DNA of 63,160 bases, the filler included, from Circinaria calcarea (taxonomy: Eukaryota): the NCBI GenBank assembly GCA_051942165.1. It is 27 parts of 27 records of this genome, joined end to end, with 100 filler letters (N's around TTAATTAATTAA, not from the genome) between each part and the next. Parts side by side here need not be neighbours in the genome. Positions count along the whole stretch, not along the records: positions 58,596 to 60,828 come from JAVECS010003753.1; positions 60,929 to 63,160 come from JAVECS010003754.1; 25 more parts are not named here. One strand, 5' to 3'. The notes beneath the pieces were generated by a model, which saw nothing but the letters and a program-made list of their open reading frames with translations, ran no database searches and was not told where the DNA came from. Each line of letters begins with the position of its first letter. Positions within the stretch are counted from its first letter, which is position 1. This document shows, piece after piece, positions 60,791-63,160 of the stretch. The position numbers and the translations under genes were made by a program.

Positions 60791-60928
60791 CTTGGCAACA
60801 GATCGGTTAGGGGGAGCATCACCTACATNNNNNNNNNNNNNNNNNNNNNNNNNNNNNNNNNNNNNNNNNNNNTTAATTAATTAANNNNNNNNNNNNNNNN
60901 NNNNNNNNNNNNNNNNNNNNNNNNNNNN

Positions 60929-61356
60929 AAGAGGAAGCTGTTGCCGCTATTGAATTCATCAAGAAAGGCTATGGACACGTAAACTACAACGCTATTCCTT
61001 CAGTCATGTACACACATCCCGAAGTTGCGTGGGTGGGTCAGAATGAAGCTGAACTGAAGAAAGAGGGTGTCAAGTTCAAGAGCGGAAGCTTCCCCTTTAG
61101 TGCCAATTCAAGAGCAAAGACAAACCAGGATACGGATGGCATGGTGAAGTTCTATGCCGACGCGGAGACAGATCGAATCCTGGGAATACACATCATTGGG
61201 CCTAATGCCGGAGAGATGATTGCTGAGGGCGTACTAGCTTTGGAGTATGGTGCGAGTACAGAGGATGTGGGAAGGACAAGTCACGCTCATCCAACATTAG
61301 CAGAGGCTTTTAAAGAGGCGGCAATGGCAACGTATGGGAAGGCCATTCACTATTAA
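60929..61356 (+). CDS. LPD1: Dihydrolipoamide dehydrogenase, C-terminal part
   Basis: [19 protein letters not shown] and [13 protein letters not shown]. Confidence 0.97.
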
Positions 61357-63160
61357 TCTGGGAGAAAAAAATGTGGCAACTCTTATGTGAATAGCCATTT
61401 GTACAGTATTGTTTGACTTTGATGCGGGCACTTTGGAGCATTAGTCTGGTGGGCGTGTATGAGGGTATTTCTTAGCCCTGGAACCCAAATATGCTCGATG
61501 AAATCAACACTCAGCTTCACTTTCTCTCATATACCGTGAACCATAGCTCGAAAGACTAATGAAGCAATTAGGCAATCAAATATGGGAGCACGTGGAGTAG
61601 GTGAGAAATTGACTCTTTAGGAAGACTGACCTCACTTTCCAGGTTCCAATGTTTATAGGAGGTCTCTCTCCCACACTCTCCCCCTTGACTTTCAGGACCT
61701 GCGTCAAGACCAGTTCGCACAGATTTGTACAAGTCCAACACTCGTATAAGAAAACCAATATCATAAGTACCAGTGCTCGCTACTCCACAACTGTGTATTT
61801 TCGGATCATTTAGACCGCGAGCCACCTATTGAAGCTATCAGTTATCTCCTTGCGTTACGGTCTCGCTCATTGCATCTTTCGTGTGGAGTGGCACATCTGC
61901 CAGTTTTCTGCTAACGAGTAAAGGTCTGCCATCTGATCAAACTCAATACCAATCGAACCCACCTACCGTCCAAACCCATCACTCGTTCAAACTTCCCATC
62001 GCGCAAATGCAACCCCATCACCCAAACACATCGCTACGCAAACCCACCAGCCGCACATATCACACCTGCCAGTTCTACCACAAGACCAAGCCAATCCTCT
62101 ATTACATTACAGAATGCAACTACGTCATTAAACACCGCTGCCTGGTGCCCTGCCACAGCGTGGACAACATGTGAAAAAGGACCAGTAGGAAATGGAAGAA
62201 GACCCGAAAGAAAAGTGGGACGCCAAGACGGAGACGGCGGTGGAAGTGGAGGAGGTCGGGAAGAGGGGGAAGGGGAGGAAGAGGAAGAAAGGCTGAGGAG
62301 ACGAAGAAGGTCGGGGGGAAGTACGAAGTTTTGGGGGAGTAAACAAGACCGGGAAAGGGGAAAGGAGGATGTTTTAGTAGGGGTCCTCAAGGACGCTGTT
62401 TGGGGGGGGGGGAAGATGGAAAAAAGGCGCGGAAGAGGTGGGTGAACAATTGTTTAAAGAGAGTGGGAGGTTAGAGAGACTTGGGCAAATGGAGGAGAAG
62501 GAGCTAATTGGGCAAGGAGATGGGATGGAATGAGTGGGCTGTTGAGAGGTTTCAATGGAAGGTGGAATCCAGAACGCAGGAAACCGGGGGTTTTTTGGGT
62601 CTCGACCCGTCGATCTCGTTTGTTTTGGTTTTTGGGATTAGAAAAATGGTTAGAAAAGTTTCTAGGAAGGGGGGTTTTTGGGGGGATTACGGCTAGCTCG
62701 GTAAATTTTGGTCGATGGGTTTGGTGCTTTTGGTTTTTGAATACTACATCTTTGTTCTCCTTTTTGGGGAATCTGGGAAGGAAGGGGGTTTGCTTTGGCT
62801 TTGGCTTTGGCTTTTGGATTGGCATGTGGAGCGAGCAGTCATTGATGTCACGTTATATCTTTTTTCTTTTTTTTTTTTCCGGAAAGGAAAGTGGATTAGT
62901 TAGGTTAGGTTAGGTTATCAAGGCAGGAAAACGGCTACATTCCTCGTTTCCGAATTACCTTTTTTTTTGAAAAAAAACTATTCATCTCTTCTCCATTTTT
63001 TTTGGGGGAAGGTGGGGATAAAACCCATCATTTTCAATATGCGTGCCTGAGGATGTGATTGATCTCCCCCCTTTTTTTCTTTTATTAAACCCCCCTCACT
63101 GATACGGTAGTACCTCCCCACTTTCCACCAACCAACCCCCTTCCCATAACTATACAACTA

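Noticed and set aside
2256..60928. Regularly spaced TTAATTAATTAA as a CRISPR-like array or biological repeat
   Set aside because: Always embedded in 44+44 Ns between length-sorted contigs; it is a synthetic six-frame-stop linker.
62007..62174. 55-aa Cys/His-rich ORF
   Set aside because: Too short, with no canonical zinc-finger spacing; cannot be supported.
1..63160. Gene cluster (P450, SDR, AKR, MFS, peroxidase, hydrolase) suggesting a biosynthetic pathway
   Set aside because: The genes lie on separate contigs ordered only by length, so there is no linkage evidence.

Overview
This window is not one locus. It is 27 unrelated short contigs (2255 down to 2232 bp, sorted by length) joined by identical 100-bp artificial linkers (44 N + TTAATTAATTAA + 44 N), so nothing can be inferred from adjacency across linkers. 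The content is filamentous ascomycete (Pezizomycotina, possibly lichen-associated and possibly more than one genome) nuclear DNA with short spliceosomal introns, plus one mitochondrial contig. Recognisable genes, mostly partial: a CYP65-like cytochrome P450, calnexin, methylmalonate-semialdehyde dehydrogenase, DIB1, LIA1/DOHH, YHM2, ASK1, CGR1, a SNF2/Rad5-like helicase, RRG7, MED21, APP1, cox3, a Cut12-domain protein, a class II peroxidase, an aldo-keto reductase, REI1, an MFS transporter, a dienelactone hydrolase, an ankyrin-repeat protein and LPD1. The leads most worth checking are four. (1) Two tandem mitochondrial ORFans behind cox3 share a C-terminal SxxDY[VI]I[ED]KExx[ED]MPG motif; one is intact under code 4 and flanked by (GTTCT)n direct repeats. 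(2) An otherwise intact P450 carries a single in-frame UAG, the type of lesion repaired by fungal A-to-I editing. (3) A ~1 kb structured non-coding region beside YHM2 has several telomerase-RNA-like features. (4) Two inverted arrays of a 19-bp repeat form a possible foldback/MITE-like element. All family assignments are by motif recognition only; no searches were run.
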